Source: Alphaproteobacteria bacterium (GTDB taxonomy: Bacteria; Pseudomonadota; Alphaproteobacteria; G965222575). From it: a stretch of 64,000 nt of DNA. The stretch's first letter is position 1. Each line of letters starts with the position of its first letter. Below, in pieces: positions 52,563 through 61,995 of this stretch. The stretch covers positions 352,001-416,000 of the forward strand of contig OZ244958.1 of the NCBI GenBank assembly GCA_965222575.1, written 5' to 3'. A program made the position numbers and the translations under genes. The notes below the pieces were generated by a model that had not been told where the DNA came from, ran no database searches, and saw only the letters and a program-made list of their open reading frames with translations.

Positions 52563-52903
52563 TTATTGAAGAACAATACCGCAACGATACCTTAGTCCTC
52601 AATGTTTGTGGGCGCTTAGATAATAACACGGCGACGAGCTTTCAAACACGCCTTCTCGAATATATAGGGCTACATTCAGAGAAGGGGCTTGTGATGAATC
52701 TGGAGAAGTTGGATTATTTATCAAGCGCTGGTCTGCGCGTGCTGGTTATCGCCGCAAAAGAAATGCATGGTAGGAGCGGCAATATTGTCCTGTGTCATCT
52801 CAACAGCAGTGTAGAAAAGGTGTTACAAAGTACAGGTTTATTGCCTATTTTCAAGGTTTCTCCTACAGTGCCAGACGCAACAGAGGCTATCAAAGAGAGC
52901 TAA
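52559..52903 (+). CDS. RsbV/BtrV-like STAS anti-anti-sigma factor
   Basis: GRLD, LDYLSSAGLRVL with phosphoacceptor Ser. Confidence 0.9.
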   Translation: MIIEEQYRNDTLVLNVCGRLDNNTATSFQTRLLEYIGLHSEKGLVMNLEKLDYLSSAGLRVLVIAAKEMHGRSGNIVLCHLNSSVEKVLQSTGLLPIFKVSPTVPDATEAIKES

Positions 52904-52974
52904 TTGACAAGGTTGTACTGTTAACTTAAGACATGCTAAACTGAGGATTTTGCTAAGATGAAAGGGAACGCGAT

Positions 52975-53826
52975 ATGAAATTTTTACGATATGGTGCTAA
53001 GGGAAAAGAGCAACCGGGCGTAGTAGACCGAAAAGGGAACATCAGGGATTTAAGCGCTTATCTTGCGAATATTACCCCGAACACACTGGAAGAACTCTTA
53101 GCATTAGACATTCCTCAGGACTTACCCCTTGTGAAAAGCCCTGTGCGTATAGGCTCTTGCCTCTCTTGGGTAAAGAAAATCATCTGCATTGGCTTAAACT
53201 ATCACGACCACGCAACAGAGATGGGCTTTGAAAGCTTATCAGAACCTATGTGTTTCCTCAAATCCCCGTCATCTCTATGCGGCCCCTATGACGATATCCT
53301 CTTTCCACCTAATGCACAACAGATGGACTGGGAGGTGGAACTAGGCATTGTCATAGGCAAGAGCGGGTTATGCATACCGAAAAATCAAGCAATGAATTAT
53401 ATCGCAGGCTATTGTCTGATGAACGATATATCGGAAAGAATGATGCAAATACAAAGAGGAGGGCAATGGACAAAGGGAAAAAGCTTTGATACTTTTGGGC
53501 CTATGGGGCCATGGCTCGTAACAAAAGAGGAAATCCCTAACCCACACAATTTAGATATCACGCTATCAGTCAATGGTAAGACAATGCAAAACAGTCATAC
53601 CTCTAAGATGATTTTCACCATTCCTTATATTGTCCACTACTTAAGTCACTTTATGAGTCTGCATCCCGGAGATGTTATCAGTACAGGCTCCCCTTCAGGC
53701 TCTGGACGCGGACAGTCTCCCATACAATACTTAGCCCCGGGTGATATCGTACAACACAGTATTGAAGGACTTGGCGCCGGAAAACAAAAATGCGTGGCTT
53801 GGCACGACAACGCCCGCACCATATAA
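52975..53826 (+). CDS. Fumarylacetoacetate hydrolase family protein
   Basis: ICIGLNYHDH, MDWEVEL, NDISER, KGKSFDTFGP. Confidence 0.93.
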   Translation: MKFLRYGAKGKEQPGVVDRKGNIRDLSAYLANITPNTLEELLALDIPQDLPLVKSPVRIGSCLSWVKKIICIGLNYHDHATEMGFESLSEPMCFLKSPSSLCGPYDDILFPPNAQQMDWEVELGIVIGKSGLCIPKNQAMNYIAGYCLMNDISERMMQIQRGGQWTKGKSFDTFGPMGPWLVTKEEIPNPHNLDITLSVNGKTMQNSHTSKMIFTIPYIVHYLSHFMSLHPGDVISTGSPSGSGRGQSPIQYLAPGDIVQHSIEGLGAGKQKCVAWHDNARTI

Positions 53827-54105
53827 GACTGCTGAACTTATCCTACCACGCACCCTTTGAGAGTCATCCCTCATCATTTTGGGGCTAATCCCTCCAAGAC
53901 TGCTCTCACTTATCACCACGCACCCTTTGAGAGTCATCCCTCATCATTTTGGGGCTAATCCCTTCAAGACTGCTCTCACTTATCACCACGCACCCTTTGA
54001 GAGTCATCCCTCATCATTTTGGGGCTAATCCCTTCAAGACTGCTCTCACTTATCACGCACCCTTTGAGAGTCATCCCTCATCATTTTGGGCTAATCCCTT
54101 TAAGA
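53825..54105. repeat. About 70-bp tandem repeat, 4 copies, between convergent genes
   Basis: AAGACTGCTCTCACTTATCACCACGCACCCTTTGAGAGTCATCCCTCATCATTTTGGGGCTAATCCCTTC starting at 53825, 53896, 53966 and 54036. Confidence 0.93.
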
Positions 54106-54133
54106 TGCACTCCTACGGCTCCCCCGCTTTTTC

Positions 54134-55621
54134 TCAAACGCCCTTCACCTTGGAGAGTTTCTCCTGTGAGTGCTTGGAAACGTTGTCTTTCGATAGAAGA
54201 AACGGAACAAAGCCAGCAATAATACCCAGTACAATCCCGCGCGTAATAGCATCACCGTTAAAAACAGACCATAGGATAATCGCACCTAGCCCCGTTAACA
54301 CCATAGCAATAGCCGTCCTCTCAGACGGTCTCCCTCCAAGAGTCAAGACAAAAATTAACGGCGCAAAGCAACTGCCTAGTATGGACCAAGAATAAATGAC
54401 AAGTTGAAAAACACTTCGAGGGCCGTGTAGGGCAATAAAAAGAGCAAAGGTCACAACAATAGCGGTCACTAACTTCGTAAACCAGTAAGAGGCTTGGTGA
54501 TTTTTCTTAAAATCTCGTGTTAAGGCAGCAGAACAACTCAAGATTTGAGAGTCCGCTGTTGACATGGTAGCAGCAAAAAGTCCCGCGAGAATCAGCCCAA
54601 CAAGAACACCGGGCAAAACTTGGAACGATAATAAAGGAAGGGCTAGCTCCGGGTCAAACTGCCCCTCTCCCACATATAAAGCTATGCGTGCTACCAATCC
54701 ACATCCAAAAACAAGAAGGGAAAAAAGCGCATACCAGCCATAATAATAAAAGCGCAGTCTCATAATATTTTCCGTTTTATTCACAGCTAGGAATCGAATC
54801 ATGATATGAGGCTGTCCTACGGCTCCCATCCCTGTGAAAAACCACCCCATAACAAATAGAAAAGGCCCCACAACAGGAACACCAAAATCAGAAGCAGGAG
54901 GAAAGAGATCCAAATAGCTGTCTGAGGCTACAAGTAGCCCATCAAAGAACGCCTCTTTTCCGCCTATAAACTCAACCGTCGCCAAAAACAACAAGAGCAT
55001 AGAAAAAAGCATAATAAAAGACTGCGCCACATCAGTCCAGAGAGAGGCCCGTATCCCTCCTGAAAAACAGTAAAGCAACACAATACCAGCCCCTATAATA
55101 GCCCCCACATGATACGGCCAGCCAAACAAAACATACAAAGCTTTACTCCCAGCCATAAACTGTGCCGCCGCATAAGACCCTAAAAACACAACAGTAATAA
55201 GACCTATAAGCATTCTCAGAAATCTGTAATCCTCTCCATAAAAACGACTAAGCGCTCCTGAAAACGTCAAAATCTCCTCCTGCTCGCAAACAGCCCGTAA
55301 ACGCTTATGAACCACCAAAGACGCAAACAAATCTCCAAATAAAAACCCAAGCAATAACCATATCGCTGACACACCATAAATATAGGTAAAACCAATCATG
55401 CCAGTAAACATAAAACCACTATTATTGGTCGCTATAGCCGAAAGACCTGCAAGCCATGGCTTAACATTCCTACCCGCTAATAAATAATCTTCAGTGGTAC
55501 CACGACTCTTCACAACGGACATAAGACCTATCAAAACAAAAAGTCCTAGAAAAAATAAAAACCCCATCACCATAGGAGAAGCTACACTCTCCTCCACAAA
55601 AGACATAAACTGCTCAATCAT
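54134..55621 (-). CDS. putP: Sodium:solute (proline-type) symporter
   Basis: DYLLAGR, SGFMFTG, GGIRASLWTD, GQPHIMIRF, AATMSTADSQ. Confidence 0.8.
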   Translation of the reverse strand: MIEQFMSFVEESVASPMVMGFLFFLGLFVLIGLMSVVKSRGTTEDYLLAGRNVKPWLAGLSAIATNNSGFMFTGMIGFTYIYGVSAIWLLLGFLFGDLFASLVVHKRLRAVCEQEEILTFSGALSRFYGEDYRFLRMLIGLITVVFLGSYAAAQFMAGSKALYVLFGWPYHVGAIIGAGIVLLYCFSGGIRASLWTDVAQSFIMLFSMLLLFLATVEFIGGKEAFFDGLLVASDSYLDLFPPASDFGVPVVGPFLFVMGWFFTGMGAVGQPHIMIRFLAVNKTENIMRLRFYYYGWYALFSLLVFGCGLVARIALYVGEGQFDPELALPLLSFQVLPGVLVGLILAGLFAATMSTADSQILSCSAALTRDFKKNHQASYWFTKLVTAIVVTFALFIALHGPRSVFQLVIYSWSILGSCFAPLIFVLTLGGRPSERTAIAMVLTGLGAIILWSVFNGDAITRGIVLGIIAGFVPFLLSKDNVSKHSQEKLSKVKGV

Positions 55622-55670
55622 ACCAATTTCAACCTGTTTCTCTAGAAAATGATTACAGATAACATTATAT

Positions 55671-55774
55671 CAGCATAATGTTGAAAGAAAGTTTTATTCC
55701 CACTTTCTTCTTGCCTCTTATACCAGCATAATGTTGAAAGAAAGTTTTACTCCTACTTTCTTCTTGTCTCTTGT
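55671..55774. repeat. 53-bp imperfect direct duplication in the divergent putP/mscS intergenic region
   Basis: CAGCATAATGTTGAAAGAAAGTTTTA at 55671 and 55724. Confidence 0.85.
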
Positions 55775-55878
55775 AGGCACTATGACCTCGTCCTGAAGAA
55801 GACACCCGCTAAGGATACCTCCTACTCTTTAGGTTGCCCTATTTCACACTTTAGCGTATGGTACAAGGAGAGGCCTGA

Positions 55879-56904
55879 ATGAAAAAATCTGTGCGCCAGT
55901 ATCTGTTACGTCCTCCTCTGTGGACTCTCAAAGCCTTATTACCTCTTGGGCTTATAGTGCTTATTGTCTTTGAAATAGGGGGCTACTATAATCCCTTGAA
56001 ACAATGGCTCGATAGCGACCTTCTTGCCTTTACCATCGGGGGCGTTAGGCTCTCTCTTTACACAATTTTCAAGGGCATTCTTGCGTTTCTGATACTCTTT
56101 TGGCTATCGCTGATAGCCATTGGATTTTTCGATAAAAAGATTCAACACCATAAGAAATTACAATCTCAACATAAGGTCTTCTTAGAAAAATTGACCCGCG
56201 GTCTCATCTATACCTTGTGTGGGCTTTTGTTTCTTCAGATTCTTGGGATTAAGCTTGCGTCTTTAGCCATTTTAGGGGGAGCTGTTGGTATTGGTATTGG
56301 ATTTGGGCTACAAAAAATCGCCTCCAACTTCATCAGTGGCATTATCCTGATGTTTGAGCAGTCTCTGAAAATTGAAGACCTCATTGAACTCCAAGATGGC
56401 ACCACGGGATTTGTGAGAAAAATCCGCTCGCGCTACATTTTACTTGAAACCTTTGATGGCAGGGAAATCATGATTCCTAATGAAGAGTTTATTAATCATC
56501 GTGTGTTGAATTGGACCTTTAGCCACTCCAGAGGACGCATCCAAGTAGATGTAGGAATTGCCTACAACAGCAATATTGAAAAAGCCAAAGAGATTTTATT
56601 AGAAGCTGCTTCCCCCCACAGTCTCAAAGACCCGCCACCTATGTGCTATTTAAGACGTTTCAATGACAGTAGTATTGACCTCTCGCTTTTCTTTTGGATA
56701 AAGGATGTTGCTAAGGGACGTTTTCAACCCAAAAGCGAGGTCATGATGGAAATTTGGAAAAAGTTTCAAGAACACCACATCGAAATTCCTTATCCCCAAA
56801 GAGACCTTCATCTCAAAACACTCGCACCACTAGCACAGAAAGGAGAACACCAGAAAGAAAAGCGCGCCGAGGAGGACTCGAACCCCCGACTTCCAAGTTC
56901 GTAG
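55879..56904 (+). CDS. MscS-family mechanosensitive channel
   Basis: GAVGIGIGFGLQKIASNFISG, IPNEEFI, EIPYPQRDLHL. Confidence 0.92.
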   Translation: MKKSVRQYLLRPPLWTLKALLPLGLIVLIVFEIGGYYNPLKQWLDSDLLAFTIGGVRLSLYTIFKGILAFLILFWLSLIAIGFFDKKIQHHKKLQSQHKVFLEKLTRGLIYTLCGLLFLQILGIKLASLAILGGAVGIGIGFGLQKIASNFISGIILMFEQSLKIEDLIELQDGTTGFVRKIRSRYILLETFDGREIMIPNEEFINHRVLNWTFSHSRGRIQVDVGIAYNSNIEKAKEILLEAASPHSLKDPPPMCYLRRFNDSSIDLSLFFWIKDVAKGRFQPKSEVMMEIWKKFQEHHIEIPYPQRDLHLKTLAPLAQKGEHQKEKRAEEDSNPRLPSS

Positions 56905-56936
56905 CCTGGTACTCTATCCAACTGAGTTATCGGCGC
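56863..56936 (-). tRNA. tRNA-Arg(ACG)
   Basis: Reverse complement GCGCCGATAACTCAGTTGGATAGAGTACCAGGCTACGAACTTGGAAGTCGGGGGTTCGAGTCCTCCTCGGCGCG. Confidence 0.93.
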
Positions 56937-56982
56937 GAGATTCCAAAGTACTACAATCCGCAACAAAAGAAAAGCGCCTCCG

Positions 56983-57549
56983 ATGTCTAACACCCTGAAA
57001 ATCATCTCCCATGCCGTGGCAAAAGTCCTCCACGATTGCGCCAACAGCCTTGTCATCCTACAAAATCTCAAATACAACCCCTCGCCACAGCAAAGAGACC
57101 TAGCCCTCAAACACTTGGAAAATACACTCACTATCGCCGCTTTATCCTTCAGCTATGAAACCCCAGCTCCTCCTTGGACAGAGGTCATACAAACCCTACA
57201 ACACATCTTTCCCAACCTCTCACTCACCTCCCATCATCACACAGACCTCAAAGGCAACACTATCCCAATGGCCGTCTCCCTCATCGCCCAAATGGCCAAA
57301 AGCCTAAGAGGTACAGGACAGATTCTCATCCACTCCTCACCTGATACCTGCTCCATCAAAGCCCAAGGAGAAAAACTCGTACTCCAAGATGACTGCCTAA
57401 AAATCCTCACAACACCGCACCCATCCCCTCACAACTCCTCCTTCATCACCATGAGACTCATCAGACAATACCTGCAAGACAAAAAAATCTCTGTCTCTTA
57501 CAAAAAAGGACAACACTTAACCGTTTCCTTCCCAATCTTAAAAGACTAA
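56983..57549 (+). CDS. chpT: Divergent histidine phosphotransferase ChpT-like
   Basis: KVLHDCANS H-box resembles ChpT SRLCHDLISP; upstream of cheA with ctrA at the other end of the operon. Confidence 0.55.
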   Translation: MSNTLKIISHAVAKVLHDCANSLVILQNLKYNPSPQQRDLALKHLENTLTIAALSFSYETPAPPWTEVIQTLQHIFPNLSLTSHHHTDLKGNTIPMAVSLIAQMAKSLRGTGQILIHSSPDTCSIKAQGEKLVLQDDCLKILTTPHPSPHNSSFITMRLIRQYLQDKKISVSYKKGQHLTVSFPILKD

Positions 57550-57612
57550 GAACTTTAATAAAGTTTAAGCCATCAGCGCTAGAATAGACTCTTCACACGA
57601 AATCACTCGCTC

Positions 57613-59745
57613 ATGGATACAGAACTGCTCACCGAGTTTGCAGAAGAAAGCCTCGAGTCCTTGACAGCCTTAAACAATATGCTCTTGGACTTAGAGGAAA
57701 GCCATGACAAACAAGAACACACCAAGCTCATCGGTGATATCTTCAGAATCCTACACACCATTAAAGGTTCAGCAGGCTTTCTGAACTTCAAGGCCATCTC
57801 AACAATCGCCCATAACGCCGAAAGCCTATTAGACCAGATAAGAGAAGGGAAGAAAGACTGTGACAGCGACCTGATTACCACAATACTCAAAGCCTCTGCA
57901 CTGCTAGAGACACTTATCAAGAGCGCTAAAAATAACGCCGCCGAACCAGACCCCTTACCGGCCGACTTCAAGAAGATAGACACTGAACTCAAAACGGCTT
58001 GTGCGCAGCCTCCCCTGAAAACGCCTCCTACAACAACAGCAGAAGAGAAAGACAAGGAGGAACAGACAACAAAAACGCCTCCTACAACAACAGAAGAGAA
58101 AGACAAGGAGGGGCAGAAACCGTCCTCTTTTCATTCCACTACTGGTGAACAGAAGAGTGTGCGGGTCTCTTTACAATTATTGGAACGTTTAATGAATCTC
58201 ACAGGGGAACTTGTGTTGAGTCGCAATAGCATGCTGGAGAAAAAGTCTTTGGAAGGGCAGTGTTTACAGCAAATGTCCTCTGTGATTTCAGAATTACAGG
58301 AAACGATTCTCAAAACCCGCATGCAGCCTATTGAAAATGCTTGGAACACGTTACCGGGACTTGTGCGGCAAATCAGTAAATCTTTCAACAAGTTTGCAAA
58401 AATCACAATGGAAGGTGGTCACATTGAGGTAGACAGACAGGTTTTACAGGCTATTAAAGACCCTCTTGTGCATTGTGTACGGAATGCGTTAGATCATGGC
58501 ATTGAAACGCCTCAAGAACGGAAGGCTTTAGGGAAAAGCCAAACGGGGTCTTTAACTCTGAAAGCGCGTCAGGAAAGCGGTTATATTGCCATTTCACTAC
58601 AAGATGATGGCTGTGGTGTTTGCCCAGAGCGTTTGAGGGAAAAACTTCTCAATGAAGAGCTTGTGTCTTCTGAAGAATTAAAGCAATTATCCTATGAAAA
58701 GCAGCTACAATACTTGTTTGCGCCGGGCTTTTCAACGGCGCAGCATCTTTCTTCTGTCTCTGGAAGGGGAGTCGGGTTAGATGTGGTGAAAACCAATGTA
58801 GAGGGCGTAGGGGGTGCTGTCACCTTACAATCAACTCCACAGCAAGGCTCTTGTATGGAAATTGTGATTCCGATCACCTTAGCCATTACTTCTGCCATGA
58901 TTGTCTCCTGTGGAGACATTAAAGTGGTACTGCCGAAATTTTCCATCAGTGAAGTTGTACGTTTAGGCAGTGGCAAGACAAAAGCGAGTCTTAAAACCTT
59001 GCATCATACGCCTTTGTTGTCTTTAAGAGAGCAACTGATTCCGCTTCTTTCCCTTCAGGACATACTAGGCTTGACGGACAGAAAGGAGATGTTTGTTGTG
59101 TTACTCACTTACGGAAGACATCTGTTTGGTCTTCTAGTAGAAAGCATTGTCACCACAGAGGAAATTGTAGCCAAACCCCTTGTGCCGCCGCTTCGGTCTT
59201 TAGATATCTACTCAGGGAGCACCTTATTAGGAGATGGTTCTGTCGCCATGATTTTAGACCCTAATACGCTTGCTAAGCGAGTCGGTCATCTGAGCGCACT
59301 CAAAAAAGAAGCCTCCTCTTCTCTTAGGCAGACCTCAGAGGATCCACAGATGGTAATTTTTCGTTTGCCAGAAGATGATAAGCTCTATGCTTTACCGCTA
59401 GAATCGGTCAAACGGATAGAAGACTTGACAGCCCTAGACCTCATGAAAAGCCATCACGGCTGGGTTTTACGATACCAAGACACAATCTTGCCTCTTTACT
59501 GCTGGCCCTTGGAGAAAACAGAGACCATCCTTAAGCTCCAGCATAGGAATCAAAGAATAGTGATTCTCTGCCACAAAGACATACAAAGCGCCCTCATCAT
59601 TGAAGACATCCTAGAGATGTCTCCGATTCCGCCTATACAATCCTCTGCCTCTCCCAAACCCGGACTCCTGGGACATGCTGTCCTAAAGGGAAAAATTTTA
59701 AGCATTTTAGACCCAGCGTTCCTCACGTCTTTGAACTCACCATGA
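57613..59745 (+). CDS. cheA: Chemotaxis histidine kinase CheA
   Basis: FRILHTIKGSAGFL (Hpt), HCVRNALDHG, SGRGVGLDVV, two CheW-like domains. Confidence 0.96.
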   Translation: MDTELLTEFAEESLESLTALNNMLLDLEESHDKQEHTKLIGDIFRILHTIKGSAGFLNFKAISTIAHNAESLLDQIREGKKDCDSDLITTILKASALLETLIKSAKNNAAEPDPLPADFKKIDTELKTACAQPPLKTPPTTTAEEKDKEEQTTKTPPTTTEEKDKEGQKPSSFHSTTGEQKSVRVSLQLLERLMNLTGELVLSRNSMLEKKSLEGQCLQQMSSVISELQETILKTRMQPIENAWNTLPGLVRQISKSFNKFAKITMEGGHIEVDRQVLQAIKDPLVHCVRNALDHGIETPQERKALGKSQTGSLTLKARQESGYIAISLQDDGCGVCPERLREKLLNEELVSSEELKQLSYEKQLQYLFAPGFSTAQHLSSVSGRGVGLDVVKTNVEGVGGAVTLQSTPQQGSCMEIVIPITLAITSAMIVSCGDIKVVLPKFSISEVVRLGSGKTKASLKTLHHTPLLSLREQLIPLLSLQDILGLTDRKEMFVVLLTYGRHLFGLLVESIVTTEEIVAKPLVPPLRSLDIYSGSTLLGDGSVAMILDPNTLAKRVGHLSALKKEASSSLRQTSEDPQMVIFRLPEDDKLYALPLESVKRIEDLTALDLMKSHHGWVLRYQDTILPLYCWPLEKTETILKLQHRNQRIVILCHKDIQSALIIEDILEMSPIPPIQSSASPKPGLLGHAVLKGKILSILDPAFLTSLNSP

Positions 59746-60203
59746 AGACCAAAGCCCTCGTCTCAATTCTGTTACATAACAACCTCTTTGGCATTGATGT
59801 TCAACATGTTTACAACATTTTAAGGCACACACCCTTAAACTTAGTTCCTAGAAGTCCAAAAGGAATCGCAGGACTCATTAACTTAAGAGGACAAATTGTG
59901 CCCGCTATGGATTTACATTCTCCTTTACAATTCCCCCCTCCTACGCCTGAACAGATGAAAAAATTGTGCCACGTTATTATTAAAGTCAAAGAAGACCCCT
60001 ATAGTCTTCTAGTAGAAAAAGCCTCCTCTGTGATTGCAATACAAAACTTTCATCTCTTGCCAACACCCACAGGAAGCACTACAGGATGGAAACGTTTTTG
60101 TCAACAAATTGCCTATTTAGGAGACGAAATGATACCAATGTTGAATGTTGAAGCCTTAGTAGAGAACATGAGCACCCACAGCACACAGGTGACGGACAAG
60201 TGA
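59742..60203 (+). CDS. cheW: CheW coupling protein
   Basis: VPRSP..IAGLINLRGQIVP. Confidence 0.9.
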   Translation: MKTKALVSILLHNNLFGIDVQHVYNILRHTPLNLVPRSPKGIAGLINLRGQIVPAMDLHSPLQFPPPTPEQMKKLCHVIIKVKEDPYSLLVEKASSVIAIQNFHLLPTPTGSTTGWKRFCQQIAYLGDEMIPMLNVEALVENMSTHSTQVTDK

Positions 60204-60565
60204 GCCATATTCTCATCGTTGATGATTCCAATGTCATCCGCAAAGTAGCAAAGCGGATACTAGCTGAGCTACGATTCGATACAACAGAAGCTTGTAACGG
60301 CAAGGAAGCACTGATAGCGTGTAGACAGCATATGCCTGATGGGGTGTTATTGGACTGGAATATGCCGGAAATGGACGGCTTGGAGTTTTTACACCGCTTG
60401 AGGAAACTCACCGGAGGGGATGCCCCGAAAGTTCTCTTCTGTACAACAAATTCACAGATGCAACATATCCGCAAAGCTATAGCAGCGGGCGCCAATGAAT
60501 ACATTATGAAACCCTTTGATAAGGAAATTATTCAAGATAAATTCACAGCTGTGGGATTGCTATAA
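60200..60565 (+). CDS. cheY: Chemotaxis response regulator CheY
   Basis: IVDDS..IRKVA, LLDWNMPEMDG, GANEYIMKPFD. Confidence 0.93.
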   Translation: MSHILIVDDSNVIRKVAKRILAELRFDTTEACNGKEALIACRQHMPDGVLLDWNMPEMDGLEFLHRLRKLTGGDAPKVLFCTTNSQMQHIRKAIAAGANEYIMKPFDKEIIQDKFTAVGLL

Positions 60566-60634
60566 CCCTTTTGATGCTAGGTAACTTCTCCACAGATATG
60601 GTTTTTTGACAATAAGCAAGCTTTCACCCTCTCT

Positions 60635-61216
60635 ATGCCCGGCGGCGATATTTTAGTGTTTGCATCATCAGCAGGCGGTACAAAGGGGTTGCTAGAAATT
60701 TTTTCCTCTCTTCCCAAACTCAAAGTGCCTATGTTGGTCACACAGCACTTACCAGCCACCCTGCTTGGGCGATTCGCCTACCAACTTCACTGCGCAGGCC
60801 CCAACACCTTAAGTATTCCCCACCAGCCGCTCCCACTCCTTGAAGGACACGCCTATCTCGCCCCCCACAACGCCCATCTCATCATCAGCAACACCCCTAG
60901 CAAATACGTCACCATCATCCCCCCAACCTCTCCCGACGAACTCTGTCCTTCCATGGATAAAATGACAACTTCCGCCGCTCAAGCCTTCAAAAACCGTACT
61001 TGGGCTGTCTTTCTCTCCGGCCTCTGTATCGACGGACTCAACGGCGCAAGAGCAATCCACCACCATCAAGGAACTATCCACCTCATCGAAGAATCCCAAA
61101 CAACCTCCTGGTCTATGCCAAGAAAAATCGCTCAGGAAAACCTAGCCCCACCGCCTATCACAACAAAACAGCTCATCAACACACTCATCAGAGCAAATAT
61201 GACAGAGGCAACATGA
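60635..61216 (+). CDS. cheB: CheB methylesterase domain without receiver domain
   Basis: ASSAGG, TQHLP, CPSMD, LSGLCIDG, WSMP. Confidence 0.8.
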   Translation: MPGGDILVFASSAGGTKGLLEIFSSLPKLKVPMLVTQHLPATLLGRFAYQLHCAGPNTLSIPHQPLPLLEGHAYLAPHNAHLIISNTPSKYVTIIPPTSPDELCPSMDKMTTSAAQAFKNRTWAVFLSGLCIDGLNGARAIHHHQGTIHLIEESQTTSWSMPRKIAQENLAPPPITTKQLINTLIRANMTEAT

Positions 61217-61995
61217 AACAACAAACGTTGCAAACACTGCTCCACACCCTACACACGCAAAGCGGCATAAAAATGGGAGAAGAAAAACAATACTTCCTCA
61301 TGCAACGCCTCAAACCCCTCATGGAGCAACACTCCATCCCCTCCTTTGAAGCCCTAGCAGACCTCACCAGAAAACCTACTCCCCTCAGAAACGATATGAT
61401 AGAAACCCTCATGATAGGAGAAACCTCCTTCTTTAGAGGCCGTGAAACCTTCCGCTTGCTCAAGCAAACCGTCTTACCAAACCTTCTGAAGACAACACAA
61501 AACCTAAGACTCTGGGTCGCCGCTTGCTCCTCAGGACAAGAAGCCTACAGTCTCGCAATGACACTGAAATCCTTGCAGGGAAAATGCCAAACCTTTATAG
61601 GAAGCGACCTCTCAACAAAAGCCCTCAATAAAGCACGCAAAGGACGATTCTCTCACTTCGATGTCCAACGCGGCTTGCCAATCCAACACCTCATCACATA
61701 CTTCCACAAAGACAAAGACTCATGGATCATCAACAAAGACTTAAAACAAACCATCACTTGGAAGAGAATTAATCTCATAGAAAACTTCCATTCCTTAGGA
61801 AAATTCCACCTCATCTTCGCGCGCCACGTCCTCATGTATATGTCCAATAAGTGGAAAGGCAATATCCTAGAAAGACTCATAGAAGCCCTCAATACCAACG
61901 GCATCCTAATCCTCGGCGCAGAAGAAGGATTATGCCTCAAGGAAAGAGGAGACTTTCACCCCCTCGGCGGCGCCATTTACCAAAAACACCTCTAA
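61213..61995 (+). CDS. cheR: Chemotaxis methyltransferase CheR
   Basis: ETSFFR, WVAACSSGQEAYSLAM, VQRGLP, FHLIFARHVLMY; ATG overlaps the cheB stop. Confidence 0.92.
   Translation: MKQQTLQTLLHTLHTQSGIKMGEEKQYFLMQRLKPLMEQHSIPSFEALADLTRKPTPLRNDMIETLMIGETSFFRGRETFRLLKQTVLPNLLKTTQNLRLWVAACSSGQEAYSLAMTLKSLQGKCQTFIGSDLSTKALNKARKGRFSHFDVQRGLPIQHLITYFHKDKDSWIINKDLKQTITWKRINLIENFHSLGKFHLIFARHVLMYMSNKWKGNILERLIEALNTNGILILGAEEGLCLKERGDFHPLGGAIYQKHL

Noticed and set aside
57555-57568. CtrA box upstream of cheA
   Set aside because: TTAA half-sites are 6 nt apart, not 7.
58018-58111. 54-nt duplication in cheA
   Set aside because: Lies in the low-complexity linker after the Hpt domain, where such duplications are common.
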